A stretch of DNA of 24,687 nucleotides from a virus. Its lineage: Duplodnaviria > Caudoviricetes. Made by a program: the position numbers and the translations under genes. Each line of letters begins with the position of its first letter. Position 1 is the first letter of the stretch. Below are positions 23,911 to 24,687 of the stretch, piece by piece. Where the stretch lies: IMG/VR virus record IMGVR_UViG_3300037760_000047, positions 1 to 24,687 of that record. One strand, 5' to 3'. The notes beneath the pieces were generated by a model. The model did not search any database. It saw nothing but the letters and a program-made list of their open reading frames with translations, and was not told the DNA's origin.

Positions 23911-24236
23911 CACGTCGCCCACTCCTCCCGCCAGCCCGGCCGCCCGGCGTACGCCTCGGCGAGCAAACGGATCACAACGGCATCGGCCGGGCGCTTCAGT
24001 TGGCCGTCAACAAAGTCCTCCGGTCGCGGCACATCCGTGGCGACCGTTCCGACATAAATCCGCTCGCGTTCACTGCACCAGTCCAGGATCGCTCGCTTCG
24101 CCGCCACGTCGGCCAGCATGCGCGGCGCTAACGGCTCGCCATGCAGCAGCACCGCTACGTCACGAGCGGCGACCATCTCCCAAGCGAGCTCGTCATCATC
24201 GATCTGTTTCAGCAGCCACGCCACCAACTCATCCAC
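23910..24236 (-). CDS. DUF6221-like actinobacterial prophage protein
   Basis: MDELVAWL...DDDE, RMLADVAAKRAILD, IRLLAEAYAGRPGWREEW match the family pattern; GGAGG RBS. Confidence 0.8.
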   Translation of the reverse strand: MDELVAWLLKQIDDDELAWEMVAARDVAVLLHGEPLAPRMLADVAAKRAILDWCSERERIYVGTVATDVPRPEDFVDGQLKRPADAVVIRLLAEAYAGRPGWREEWAT

Positions 24237-24471
24237 GTGCCAGCCTCCGTCTCGCGTCGTCGTACTCGCCGAGCTCGCGGGTCAACTCGTCCCGGAAATC
24301 CTGCAGCACCACGATAAGGTCACCGAGCAGCCGACAGGCCCGCTCGTTGGCGCGGCGGGTCGCGAACCTCGGCCGCGCCGGGTCGCGGGCGTTCCAGTCC
24401 CGTACCTCGTCTTGAATCTTCGCCGCTAGCGTGTGCGCTGTCGGCGGTAGTAACCTCTCGTCCACGGCCAT
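24229..24471 (-). CDS. Hypothetical helical protein, 80 aa
   Basis: ATG 24471 after GAAGGGAG RBS (preferred over 24531); overlaps the start of the DUF6221-like gene. Confidence 0.6.
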   Translation of the reverse strand: MAVDERLLPPTAHTLAAKIQDEVRDWNARDPARPRFATRRANERACRLLGDLIVVLQDFRDELTRELGEYDDARRRLARG

Positions 24472-24496
24472 GCTCCCTTCAGTGTGTGGCCGTACA

Positions 24497-24527
24497 GCCC
24501 GCCCCGCTCTCACCAAGCGGGGCGGGC
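24497..24527. other. Perfect 12-bp intergenic inverted repeat (hairpin)
   Basis: GCCCGCCCCGCT-CTCACCA-AGCGGGGCGGGC between two minus-strand genes; no clear U-tract. Confidence 0.6.
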
Positions 24528-24534
24528 GCATTGC

Positions 24535-24669
24535 TTATGTCTGGACCTGCTGTTCGTCCCACTGGCGCAGCGCCTCACCCACCGGCACCGACGGCGCCAG
24601 CGCGCGCAGGAACGCCACCAGGTCGCGCAGCCGGTCGGCGTCTGGGTCGCGACTAGATGGCGCAGTCAT
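24535..24669 (-). CDS. Short hypothetical protein (44 aa, or the 3' end of a gene starting outside the window)
   Basis: MTAPSSRDPDADRLRDLVAFLRALAPSVPVGEALRQWDEQQVQT*; frame is open to the window edge. Confidence 0.45.
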   Translation of the reverse strand: MTAPSSRDPDADRLRDLVAFLRALAPSVPVGEALRQWDEQQVQT

Positions 24670-24687
24670 GGCCCGGCCCTGCCAGGA

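Larger units (their letters stand above)
1..24687. mobile_element. Siphovirus-type phage/prophage segment (head, tail, lysis and accessory virion genes), probably actinobacterial
   Basis: Canonical order terminase-portal-protease-capsid-neck-tail tube-chaperones-tape measure-tail-lysin. High GC, tightly overlapping genes (ATGA/TGATG junctions). Boundaries and integrase lie outside the window. Confidence 0.95.

Overview
High-GC window holding the virion morphogenesis and lysis arm of an actinobacterial siphovirus-type phage or prophage. No integrase or att site is visible. The + strand carries, in order: terminase large subunit (frame open to the window edge), portal, HK97-type prohead protease, major capsid, two small ORFs, neck/tail-completion genes, major tail protein, tail assembly chaperones with a CCCAAAA -1 frameshift, tape measure protein with a C-terminal M23 peptidase, a large lectin-bearing minor tail protein, a short fibre-like protein, an amidase endolysin and several membrane proteins (one collagen-like). 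A second module follows the lysis genes (18.6-23.3 kb). It centres on a 1121-aa signal-less protein in which a lectin-like domain and a PhoD-type metallophosphoesterase sit between Gly/Ala/Tyr repeats, next to an 8-Cys putative metal-cluster protein. Other notable items: an antisense, leaderless Arc-repressor + membrane-protein cassette inside the tail operon; three structured leaders that can occlude Shine-Dalgarno (SD) sites; a 48-aa DYLGR-repeat microprotein; and a small secreted two-Cys peptide. The right end has short convergent minus-strand genes, including a DUF6221-like one. All family calls come from motif recognition by eye; no database searches were run.
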